NCBI RefSeq assembly: GCF_006345805.1
Contig: NC_043000.1
Coordinates: 93,992,001 to 94,056,000, forward strand
DNA length: 64,000 nucleotides
DNA from: Octopus sinensis
Lineage: Eukaryota
Direction of reading: 5' to 3'
Below are positions 51,965 to 64,000 of the stretch, in pieces (position 1 is the first letter of the stretch; each line of letters begins with the position of its first letter). The notes beneath the pieces are model-generated. The model had not been told where the DNA came from, did no database searches, and saw only the letters and a program-made list of their open reading frames with translations. The translations under genes and the position numbers were made by a program.

Positions 51965-53870
51965 CAGAGTAAAATCAAAATCAAAACAGGAGCAACAAAT
52001 AAGGATACAAAGGTAGTATAATTATGATATGAAGAAAGATAATGGGATGTGCTAAACGCTTCGGAGAGTGGTCCTTTGTCTAGAATCATCAATGATGCAA
52101 TATCTCAGTAGAGTTGCAAGAAAACCTAGAATAGGAAAAAAATCAAATCAGAATCAACGAATATGGATACATGGATACAATGTCAGTACAATTATATTGT
52201 GAGGAATGGTGATAGAGAAGGAAGTATTAAACACTTCGGATAGTGGTTGTTTGTCTAGAAAAGAAATGAGAACAGAAAAGAGAAAATAACAAACAAGAAA
52301 AGAAATGTTGAAATAAAGGCATTGATTTCAGTGGACCAGTAGGATGGGTGGCAAAAAGGAAGTGGGCAGTTTGAATGTGGGTTGAAGGGTGATTGCAACA
52401 TGATGTTTGCGAAATGAGTTAAATGAATGTGTGAAGTTGTAATAAAGTATGTGCGTTTTTGTGTGCGAGTAAGATGTCAAGTGTGTTGGTAGATTGTGTT
52501 GAGAGAGTAGAAAGTCAAGTATGCGAGTAGGTTGTGTGTTTAAGTGTAAGAGTATGTGTGTGCGCGCAGGAATAGGAAGTAAACATGAGCTAGTTTTGTA
52601 CGGTTGGTGTAAGCAGAGAATGAAACGTGTAGGATGGGGGCGAAATGTGTGGACAGGTTGACCGGCTGTGTGTGTGTATATGTGCAAGAGGATAGATGTA
52701 AACGTGGTATGCTACTGTGTGAGTGGAATAAATAAAATATATTTTTATGTATATGTGATTGTGTGATAAGTGTTTAATGCAGTATGTGTATACGTGAGTG
52801 GAAACGGAGGAAATCGTATGTTGGACGCTTATCAGTGAATGGGAATATAAGGAGAAGGTAGTGTTCTTAGAGGATAGCAACTTGGTTATTAATCCCTGTG
52901 AGATTAAGTGTATTTAACTGGCAAATTAATTGTTGTTCATGGTGCAATCGGGAGTGGGAAGTTACGTGGTGCTGTGCAATGCTGCAAATATCGAGATGCG
53001 GGTTGACGTGACAGGAAGAACTGAAATGACAGGCTACAAACCAAAGTGATTCTACGTTGTTACACCAGACGTCCAAAAGCTATTTCCCAAAATGACCACT
53101 CGATAGACAACTAGTTTCTTCGATATACAATAAGCCGTAGAAATGACTTTTTATGCATTTGATGATGTTCATGTACAGCTGAAATACTGAAATACTCGCT
53201 GACTCAAAAAGCTGAGCCAAGTTCAACTAAGGATCAGATATTCTGAAAGAAAAAATTACATATTTTCATGTTTCAGTAGGAGTAAAAGAAAATAAGAAAC
53301 GATCATTTTCAGATGTGGCGAGGGATCAAGGAATTGCAGGGAGGTCACACATATTACGGTCGCATCGGAAGAGAAGAGGATTTCCAAAAAAGCATGGCAA
53401 AAAGCTGGGTCAGATAGGATGAAACGAAAACTCTATGCAGGGGTCGAGGAACTTTTTTTTTTAACCAAATACCCCAAAATATATTTATTTACTCCACTTG
53501 ATTTGAAAGCAAGAAAATCATAGATTCTTTGAATGCAAAACGTTTATTGAATCTATCTTATTGAGTCTACTTATATGATTCATTCTTTTTACACATCCTT
53601 TACATTGGACAGATACAGTGTTGCCAAAAGAAAACAAATTCTGTCCTAACAAGGAACACGTTTTCTATACAATTTTACTTATGTCTAATGACTCCTCATT
53701 ACCCCCAAGAATTTAATTTATACTTCACTTGGAGTAATTTAACTGGGTTCGCTGACCGTTGCTCTATAGGTTGGTACGTTGAGAGATAATGTGGTAAGAC
53801 AGTAGGTGAGAGGGGACACAAACTGATGGTGGTGGAACGGACACAAGAATTAAAGGTGGGATTGTAGTTT
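51965..53870 (-). mobile_element. Neptune-like PLE relic: linker, GIY-YIG, 3' region and two tandem pLTR-like repeats
   Basis: LSDPAF..FRCDRNMCDL, NIIKCI..GLLYIEET, VACHFSSSCH..RLHHEQQLICQLNTLNLTGIN. Repeats at about 51971-52088 and 52137-52262. Confidence 0.78.
53438..53761. mobile_element. hAT-type MITE inserted in the PLE
   Basis: Ends caggggtcgaggaac versus reverse complement caacggtcagcgaac. Imperfect TSD ctctatg / ctctatag. Confidence 0.7.
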
Positions 53871-54490
53871 TATTGTTGAGCAATCGTTGTTTACATCCTT
53901 GAGATTTTGCTGCAAATATTCCACTCATCACGTATTTTAATCTTTTATTTTTGCGTGTTGATTACTTATCCTAAGTAACAAGATTGATATTTAATCTTAA
54001 TAAGTTATGGGTTTAACTGGTCTTACTAATTAGCCCCCATGTCAGACCTGTTTGAATACACCTATGCCTAAAGCCTCTATTCATTTCAGCTCTGACAATA
54101 CTGTCATTATGTTCAGTTTATCAAGGATTACATAACTGGTTTTACTCTCATCACTGGGGTATGATATGAGATAAATTGACTGAAACAAATACAAAAATAA
54201 AAGAATATATTTATTTATTTATTTATATATATATATTTATATATATATATATATTAATGACTTATGTAAATTTATATATAAAATCAATGTAGCTTTAAAT
54301 TGAAGGCTTACCCAATACTTTTTAGTAGAATACACATTTAATAAGCTTTACAGGGAAATGTTTGATAGTCATATTGAAATTTCATTTTAGTAACCGTCAT
54401 TAGACTGCTTGTTAGCCGAAAATTCCGATTTACTCTCAACCTTCTCTCGTAAATATATTTAAGTAAGCGTATGTATGTATATATATATAT

Positions 54491-54570
54491 ATGGCTGTTT
54501 CTTGACAGCATTATCCGTGTTATAAAGGTAATAATACCCAATTTTTCTGCTGTTTTAAAGGCGATGCTGC

Positions 54571-54626
<56 letters not shown>

Positions 54627-54930
54627 TATATGTATGTATGTATTATGTACGTATGTATGTATGTATGTATGTATGTATGTATGTATGTATGTATGTATGT
54701 ATGTATATATATATATATATATATAGATATATATATAATATATATATATATATGTAACAACCACCTGAGTATATAAACAAACTCAAATTTGGTTTTTAGA
54801 AGCGTCGAATATGTGGTGTACGATACAAACAGGAAGGTGGTATATCGAACGCAGCATCGCTGTTTAAGCAGCAGAAAACTCGGGTATTATTACCTTTATA
54901 AGACGGAAAATGTTGTCAAGAGACATCCAT
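54491..54930. repeat. About 82-bp inverted repeat pair enclosing a microsatellite
   Basis: 54491-54572 matches the reverse complement of 54849-54930 at roughly 85% identity by eye. Confidence 0.85.
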
Positions 54931-55545
54931 GTGTATATATATATATATATAATATATTGAGAGAAGGAGTCAGTGAGAGAGTTCGAGAAAGAGGACATTT
55001 AAAATGGCACAAAGAAAATGGGCATAAAACGTGGATAAGAAGAGGAATATATTAAGAAAAAAGAAATTCTTAAAAGACAGTCTGGAAAGAAGAGTGTGTA
55101 TAGGAAAGTGAGAGAAGGAGAGAGAGAGAGAGGGGGGAAAAGAGAGACAGTAAGTGGAAGGGAAGGGAACGAGAGAGAGAATAACGAGAATGACGAGAAG
55201 TTAAATATATGTTTTCTTATGCGCATGCGTGTGTGTATCTTTGGAAAAGAAGAAGAAGAAGAAGAAGAAGAGAGAGAGAGAGAGAGAGAGAGAGAAACGA
55301 CACGGAGGGGGAATAGGAACAAACATAATACTATGAGGAGCATAGATGAGAAAAGAAACGAAAAAGAAAGCAACAGAGAAAAAGAGACAAGGAGAGAGAG
55401 AGAGAAAAAAAAGAAAAAAGTTAAGTGAAAGCAGAGGTGTTATAGAAATTGTTATATAATTTTTGAGAAAGAGTTGAAGTAAGAAGTGAACAAGATGTGG
55501 CCCTGTTTGTAAGAGAGTAGCTGATATGTATCACACATTGTATGT

Positions 55546-56030
<485 letters not shown>

Positions 56031-56592
56031 ATATATTGACAAATATCGATAGAAAGGGATGGGGGAAGTAATATAAATGAAGACAGCGTATTTGTGTGTA
56101 CATGCTTGCGTTCGTGTGTGTGCGTGTGAAAGGCGGGGGTGGGAGAGAAAGGAGAGAGAAAATCATTTAGAGAGAAAGATTATTGACAGAATAGAGGGAA
56201 TAATGGCGACAGACGAAGGAAATGTGTGTGTATGCTCGCACGCGTGTGTCTGATATAGTGTGTTAAAGCATGTGTACATACATGTATGTGTATTAGTGTG
56301 TGTGTGAGAGAGTTAGACTCTGTTTCATAGAAATAGTGTGTGTGAGAGAGAAAGAGAGAAAGATAGACGAAAGGAGAAAGAGGGATTCTACAGAGAGAAA
56401 GTTACTTACAGAAGAGAAAGAGAATGATAGAGACACACACAACGAGGGAGATTGTTTGTGTCTTAAGGATGTGTACTTGTGCGCGTGTGTGTGTATGTAT
56501 GTGTTTGTGTGAGTGTGTGGGTGTGAGAGAGGCTTTTCAAGAGACAAAATGACAGAGAATGATGGAGGCACACAAAGGGTTTTGTGTGTGTG

Positions 56593-56623
<31 letters not shown>

Positions 56624-57569
56624 TTGTATGCGTGTGTGTGTGTGTGTGTGTGTGTGCTTGAGCGTGTAAGAAAATGAGGAAAAGAGTAAAGACTCAGAGA
56701 ATGACAGACATTCGAAGAGAGGGCGAGAAAGAGAGAGTGAGAGAGAAAGAGAGAGAGAGAAAGAGGGAGTGACAGAAGAAGAGAGAGATAGACAGAGAAA
56801 GAGAGAGAAAAAGAAAGATAGTGAGTGTATGTGCATGTGTGCGTCTGTATTGTGTGTCTATGTACATGTGCACCAATGCGTATGTGTATGTGTGTGCGCG
56901 CACACATATGTGTGTGTATGTTTGTGTGTGTGTGTGTGTGTGTGTGAAACAAGGAAAGTAGGAAGTTGAAGGAGAAAAGATTGCATGTTTCAACGTGAAA
57001 GAGATGTGTGAAAGATGTTTGATTTGTCATGCTGTGTGTGTGTGTGTGCGTACTATTATGTGTTTATGCATGTGTACAAGTGTGTATGCATGCATGTGTG
57101 TGCAGCCTTGTGTGTACGCGTGCGCGTGTGTGTGTGTTCGTGAGTTTGTCGTACATCCATCTGTATATGTGTATGTGCATGTCAGACAGTGATTATTTGA
57201 GAGAAGGGAATAAGAAATGGACGAGAGAAGAGAAAAGAGAGATGAAAAGAGAGAGAGAGAGAGAGAGAGGGAGGGACAGAGAGAGGGAGAAAAGAAAACA
57301 GAGAAAGAGAATGAGTAAACAACAGAAAGGAGGGCGAGGAAGAGAAGGTAAAGCGAAAGAGAGAATGTGTAAGCGACTGGGTTAGGGAATAAAGAAGCCG
57401 CCATCATGTACGAAGGTAACTGAACAACTAACTGAAACTGTCTGACGTCAAGAGATCCTGCTGTGACGTTGGATGACAAGGTCACTGTATATGACGTAAT
57501 CTCTCATCGCTAACGCAATGGTTGCGACAGCATGAGTGTTGCTGTGTTGTCTGTTGTCATAGTTGTTGT

Positions 57570-57801
57570 TCTTGTTGACGTTTAGCCCCATATCAGTCTA
57601 CACTGTGCATGCCTATAATTCAAGCCTTCCAGCATTGACAACACAATCCAATCATTTACTCAGATACAGTGGATCCAAGAACTTATTATCCACGCGTCTT
57701 TCCTAAATATTTTTTTTTTGAAGACAGCTTGGTGCAAAGTGACATATTTATTTGCTATTTCTACAGGTCAAACTTCAACAGAATGGTGTCTTCATTGGCT
57801 C
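57570..57801 (-). mobile_element. Old SINE-like family E copy
   Basis: gtttagcccca..ttccagc..gctatttctacaggtc..ttggctc. Confidence 0.55.
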
Positions 57802-58087
57802 ATGCGACAGCGTAGTAGCACAATATTGTTCACTTTTGGATTGTTTGCAGCCCAACGCTGTTTTAGTATAAACGAACTGAGTGCAATAACTCACAGTGGC
57901 TAGTGGCACATATCTGAACAATAAAAGACGAATAAGGTTATATCAAATAACATGCAAGATAAATTCTTGATTTCTTGAGATTATCGCCGCCTCCACTGAA
58001 GGTAGATCAATGTTTTAATTATTTGTTGGTTCCTTTGGTAACAGCAGTAAGCGAGATGTCAAATTTCAAGGATTCAGAACGCTTACA

Positions 58088-58174
<87 letters not shown>

Positions 58175-58274
58175 GAAAACGAAACAGACAGAAGCAAAAA
58201 GAGATGGTGGCGGAAATTAGAGTTATTTCCCCTTTGACCGTAAATTATAAGTCTGAAAAGATAGTGGTCTAGAG

Positions 58275-58790
58275 AGGGTGGTGCTTTCCAATTCGTCAAT
58301 AGGAACTTAGCCATATGTTTACAACCGCTGAAAATTTCTGATTTAGAATTCAGTAGTGTGTTAGAGTATATATATCTGAAAAGGATTTGATTTCATTCAG
58401 CTGAGCATAGCTTACAAATTTTTGATCCATTAACATATGATGAGGATTTTTCGACTATTTTCCACTTTATAATATGTGGTGTGGGGTTCTCTTTCAAACC
58501 TCATACATGGCTAGCCAACTAATAGCTTTACTTTTGTCCCTGTGTCAGAAGGAAGATATGTGGTTAGCACACCGAGTTTTGAATTCACCTTCACATGGTC
58601 CGATATTGCTCTTTTTGGTTGTTACCATCTAGCGTTGGTGTAACTTCTGCCTAATATATGACGGATTTAATCATTCATTACCGGACAGATTCTTGAGTCT
58701 CGACATTTACAACTGAGAGTCCGCTCTTGGTGTTTTTCTTATGTAATGATGCGAGAATATCACTTAGTGGGGATACATATTATCTCTCAG
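58275..58790 (-). pseudogene. Naiad-like PLE GIY-YIG endonuclease relic
   Basis: CKCRDSRICPV..KSVIY*AEV..NIGPCEGEFKTRCANHISSF..IIKWKI..SKICKLCSAE..LLNSKSEIFSGCKHMAKFLL. Confidence 0.85.
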
Positions 58791-59654
58791 TATTAATACT
58801 GGCTCTGGCGCTAATATCTATTTTTTTAATAAGCAACAAAGATATTGGGCTAAACAATAAAGAGTCTACATTGAAAAATGCGGTGTTCCTAGGGAAAAGG
58901 CAAGATGGTCGTAACTGTGAAGGTGTTACTCTATCAAAGTTGATCTGGAAATAAACGGCCCCTTTAAACAACCGATTTCTAAGATAGGAACCAGGTCACA
59001 TATTTTATTGAAGGAAAGCAAGTCATTCATGAAACCATTTATTTCCAGAGCAGAGCTATGTGTTAATTCAGTGAAAATAGACATATGAAACTAATAGAAT
59101 GAAAGACATAGTTAACGAAAGAGTGAATGAAAACCAGAATGAGTATGAGAGGGAGCCCTATCTACTGTCATTTCCAAAGCAATAAAAGAAATAGAAAAAT
59201 TGAAAGAAATTTTGATTCTGTGTTATAGAGAAGAAAAGAAAGATGGAAAGAAAGAAAAAAGAACGAAACAAGTTATCAGTGATGCATTTTTTTTGTGTGT
59301 TATATTATATTTTGTCTTCTCTTGTATCTTCTGCTTTCTATTTTACTAGTTTCTGAGTATTTTGTTCTATTTTGACGTTTCGGTATTGTTTTCTTTGTCT
59401 TCGACGTTTATATGCTTATTCATGTATGTATGCATGTATGTATGTATGTATGTATGTATGTATGTATGTATGTATGTATGCATATAGATATATATATGTG
59501 TGTGTGTATGTGTTTGTGTATACATACATACATATATATATTTATTTATATATATATATATATACATACATACACATATATTTATACACACATTCACAAA
59601 TGTATATAGTTCATTTGTCATTCTCTTGTACTTTTTTACTAGACTAGAATAGGG

Positions 59655-60620
59655 TTTGTCTTCTCTTTTCTTTTCTCTCTCTTTCTTTCTCTCTCTCTCT
59701 CTCTTCTCCCAATTTAATTTTTTTTATATTCTTACTCCATCGTCCTTTTCTTTTTGTCTTCTTGCTTTCTGCCTCCCCTTTCAGTCACTCTCTCTCTCTC
59801 TCATTTCGCGCTCTTTCAGTCTCTCTCTCTCTTTCTCTTTTTTGTCTGTTTTTGTCTTCCTTCCGTCCTTCTCTCCTTCTTTCCTTCCTCCCTCCTTCCT
59901 TGTATTTTGATTCCTTCCTTCCCTTTTAATTGATCATTCATTTGTTTTCATTATTTCTTTGTCTTCGTTCTTTTCTGATGATTTCTTTCTTTTCGACCTT
60001 CCTTTTCCTTTTTTCTCCTTTCCTTTTTCATTTTCTTCCTTTGTTCCTTAGCATATTCCATACTTTTGTATTTCCCTAGCTCCTTTCTATGTTTCCCTAT
60101 TTTTGATTTCTTTCCTTCTTTCAATCATTTAATCATTCATTCCTTAGTTTCTTTCCATCTTTTTCCTTTTATTCATCAATTTATTTTCTCTTTATTTTAT
60201 TAGAAATTTTTTCTGTCCCTCTCATTTCTTTTTTTATTCTTTCTTTCTTTCATTCATTCTTCTTTTCTTTCTTTTCTTCATTCCTCTCTGTCTTTCTCAC
60301 TTTTACTTCCTTCCTCTCTTTTTTTTTATTTCTTCTCGCTTTCTTTCATTCTTCCCTTTCCCCATCTTTCTTTCATTATTTCGTTCTGAATGTGTTTCTT
60401 TCTCTTTCCCTCATTCTCTCTTTTCAATTGTCTATCTTCCTTTTTACTATCTTTCTCTATTTTTCATTATTTTTTGCAGTCTTTCTCTCTTTCATTCATT
60501 CTTTTTCATTCTTTCTTTCTCATTGTCTTTCTTTCCTTCTGTCTGTGTATTTATTTCATTTCATTTTTATTCACTCTACTCCTGTTTTTATTTTCATTCT
60601 CTTTTCTGAATCGTTTAATC
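59655..60620. repeat. About 1-kb pyrimidine-rich low-complexity tract
   Basis: Degenerate (TC)n/(TTTC)n/(TTCC)n on the + strand. Confidence 0.9.
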
Positions 60621-61619
60621 GTTGTTCAGACATTCCAAATTATTTATTTATTTATATATTTTTAATCTTAATCTAGTATTCATTAGTTGTTTTTTTATTT
60701 ACTTATTTACTTATTGCTGCGTTTTGTTGTATTTGTTATTGTTGCTGTTGTTTATTCCTTCTTGTCTTATGCATGCAATTTTGTTGAGCGCTGTCAATTA
60801 ACTAGTTTAATTTTATTATGTGTTTATTTATACTTTTAACGTGTTTGATTTGATTTGATTTTTAATTTCAAATTCAAAATAATCAAATAAAAAGTTAAGT
60901 AAATACGTAATAAAAATAAAAAATTACTGTAATAATAAAATCTCAACCACAACAGCAAAATAATAACAATAAAACACGTCCCCCTCCACAACAACAAAAA
61001 GAACATGGCACTCAAACACATCAAGAACAAAAAGATTAAAAGCTCCTCATCAGAAATAACATTAAAAACATCAATAGCAGTAAAAACGATTGCATCAACA
61101 ACAAGAAGGTAATGCAAACAATAGAATCAACAATAACCGCAACGTTACAACAACTACTTCTACTAACATTACTACAGTTGTTGTTACAGTATAGGGACAG
61201 TAAAGAGTAGCAAGGAGTGAATCAAAACTACAGGTCTGAAAATATTACAATATAGAAATATGTAGTGACCTTGTATATCACTAAAATCTCAGGTGCATTA
61301 CATTGAAAATTTAAGAGTTACCAGTGTTAGTTTATTACACTACCCCTCATTGAGTGACCAATATTATTACAGGAGAATGTATATATTACCTTTCACTACA
61401 GGCACAATCTATCCCAAACAAATGTATACATCTGTAATTCCTCAGATCATTTTTACAATTCTCTTTCGTAACAACACTAATGTACTCACACAACCCAGAC
61501 AATAGAATATTTGAAGGTACTAGGTTGCGTGTAGCAAGGCGATGATGGAGCTTCTAAGAGACTGAAGGAATATTCTGGTGATTTTTTATCATTATACTCG
61601 CGGAATATCTCTTAATAGT

Positions 61620-61870
61620 GAAGGCGCTTGTCCTAGGAGTTAGATGGTTCAGTACCTGGACCGGGCTGTGCGTTGCGTCCTTGGACGAGTTGCTTCCTTT
61701 TACATTGCTCCAGTCAATTCAAGTGAAATTTAGTACCAGCCGTATACTAGTGCAGCTTCCAATCATTTCAGCTGTCATATTCCTAGATGTGCCGCAGAAT
61801 CCAGAACTGGAAGAGTCTAAATGGTATTTATGTTCGCGACTACAAAGACTCCTAAAACAATTAACAAAAG
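61620..61870 (+). mobile_element. tRNA/CORE-type SINE, diverged
   Basis: gaaggcgc..ggttcagtacctggaccgggctgtgcgttgcgtccttggacgag..ttgctccagtcaattca. The head is similar to family C. Confidence 0.65.
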
Positions 61871-62031
61871 CAAGTACATTTTCTCAAGCCCTTCTCGATC
61901 ATGGGTTACAGCTATTTATTTAACTCCTGGCATTAAGACAGAACCCAGCTAAATAATGTATGATCAAAATTTTGTGCTATATATTTCGAAATGGAAAGAG
62001 CCATTTCAAAGTGGTGCTGTCGCTATTTGAG

Positions 62032-62273
62032 TATTTCAGATAAGTTCACCGCCATCAATACATCGCAGGAGAGTTCATCGCCAGCCATCCATTCACCATT
62101 TAATACGTTGGTGAAACACATTAGATTTCGAAAATAAGTTGTTTTTTTTTATTATTTCAAAGGGAATTTACCTCTCCTTAAACTTTCTTTACGGGAAGCT
62201 TCCCTTACAGAGAACATTCCTTGTGGTGAACTTTCCCTGCAATGAATTGATGACGGTGAACTTACCGGACATG
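62032..62273. mobile_element. MITE with ~45-bp TIRs and 9-bp TSD (MULE-like)
   Basis: taagttcaccgccatcaat versus reverse complement taagttcaccgtcatcaat. TSD ctatttgag at 62023-62031 and 62274-62282. Confidence 0.75.
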
Positions 62274-63119
62274 CTATTTGAGTACCGTATCAGAGTTGTG
62301 TCATTTCCCTTACCAGAGATTAACAAAAATATTTAATCTCTTACCAAAATATCGACTATGGAATTCACTTCTGTTATATTTAACACATCTATCAGATTTT
62401 GGACAAATCTGTTGTTATTGAAAACAATCTCGCCTATTCTTTCTCTCACTCACTTCGTCACAAAATCTATTGTCTTCATTTGGCGATTCCTCCATCTCCG
62501 TCGAGTGTACAAGAATTTCATCAGCCATTTTCAAACTAAAGTGTAACTACACTGCTTGTTGGATTGCAGTAAGACGTTTTAAATGTCGAACTTCATTGGA
62601 CAAGAGCTTCCAACCACATCATCTGGGTACACACATGTATTCCTGCAGACCAAATCTCTATCGGTTTGCACTTAAAGAGGGTTATCCATCAATTAAAATG
62701 CACATTTCCAATTAACATATGGTTTCTAATATATGACCTAGTATCCTTCTCTGTCACTTGCGCAGGACCATCTTTCTCTTTCGAAAGCGACAGAAGTATC
62801 CACAACTAGTAGGTTAGAAGCTTTCTATCTTCATCAATAGAATTAGAATTATAGTCATTACATTATAGCTATTATCTTCATCACAAATACTGTGATACAT
62901 CAAGTTTTTAATTTATGATTTTAATTTGGTAATCGTATAGTATTGAATCTTCATTACTTTTATGTTTGTCCCCACAAACTAACACGCACACATATACACG
63001 TACGTATGTAGATATAATCACACACACACATAAACACACATAAACACACCATTTTACTTTAGTCTGCACATGGCATTGACTTTTAAAACTGCGTGCCGTG
63101 GCTTGAGTAACAAGTGTTG

Positions 63120-63162
<43 letters not shown>

Positions 63163-63169
63163 TATATAG

Positions 63170-63220
<51 letters not shown>

Positions 63221-63777
63221 GAGTGAGCGAGCAGAGCATGCCATCAAAGTGACACTGGGGTAAAATATACGAAGCCCAGGATACCCATCATGACTACCCT
63301 TCTGATAAGGGTACACCAGGCACATGCATCACAACCATATGTGCGCGACATGGTGATCTCATATCAAGATAAACAGCACATGACCTTGCAGGTGGAGCCC
63401 AGTTAGAATTTTCTTCAGATCGAGTAACCCATCCCGCTCAAAAGGTCCCTGAATAAGGGTTGTTTAAGGACGTTGAACGAAACACCCATGTTTCCAGAGG
63501 TGAATTATTCAAACCCCAAAGAATCCCTCTCAACACATGGCTATGTTGCTCCCCCACTACTTCTGCTCGTGATCAGAGATGCACATATCGTCAGCCACTA
63601 AGGGACATGCTCAACTGGTTAAGGTCAAACAACTGACAAGCAAATCTGTGGTATTGAGCAGAATATTTGCTGTAGCCCATCTTTTATACCAAGACAAAAC
63701 AATGTACATGATAACACTTCCAATCAGTTAAGATCAGAAGCCATGAGAGCCACTGCCTGGTACTGCATCAGGGCATT
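63221..63777 (-). mobile_element. 557-bp (TAA)n-associated element, full length
   Basis: Homologous end to end with 21017-21573, with (ATT)n flanks. Confidence 0.93.
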
Positions 63778-63876
63778 TATTATTATTATTATTATTATAT
63801 TATTATTATTATATTATTATTATTATTATTTTATTATTATTATATTATTATTGTTATTATTATTATTATATTATTA

Positions 63877-63906
<30 letters not shown>

Positions 63907-63907
<1 letters not shown>

Positions 63908-64000
63908 CGTAGTCTTATTTCTATCATATGCTTTCAGTGTTCTACCGAGCGCAGCTCTGTGTGCCTTGGGTATATGCTGTGGTTTGCTGTGATGCTGTTA
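63907..64000 (-). mobile_element. 3' end of another Dong copy (runs off the window)
   Basis: Matches 45042-45135, including ctaccgagcgcagctctgtgtgccttgggtat. Abuts (TAA)n. Confidence 0.9.

Noticed and set aside
58660-58715. Stop codon at the position of the fourth Cys in the Naiad zinc motif, as possible selenocysteine
   Set aside because: The codon is TAA, not TGA, and coincides with a frameshifting deletion. The downstream TGA is at an Arg position (CpG decay).

Overview
AT-rich, microsatellite-saturated eukaryotic DNA. The repeat families resemble those I recall from Octopus genomes (inference, not checked). No intact protein-coding gene is visible, and almost all ORFs in the supplied track are translations of (TA)n/(CA)n/(ATT)n/(GATA)n repeats. 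The window is a mosaic of decayed mobile elements: (1) at least four tRNA-headed or old SINE families; (2) R4/Dong-clade RLE non-LTR retrotransposon fragments next to (TAA)n; (3) a second RLE family that sits in (TACA)n; (4) CR1/L2 and RTE 3' fragments; (5) Tc1 and three mariner relics, hAT/MULE/foldback MITEs and a non-autonomous Helitron; (6) Penelope-like element (PLE) GIY-YIG relics resembling three clades. The most interesting signal is a population of short inserts wedged between (TA)n tracts. They carry minimal type-I hammerhead-ribozyme-like motifs (palindromic stem III, often with variant cores) and fold-back inverted repeats. One copy (7363-8507) links this architecture directly to a PLE GIY-YIG C-terminus. 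A second notable signal is a 557-bp non-coding element found only next to (ATT)n, twice directly beside a Dong 3' end. All alignments and folds were done by eye, so coordinates are approximate unless stated.
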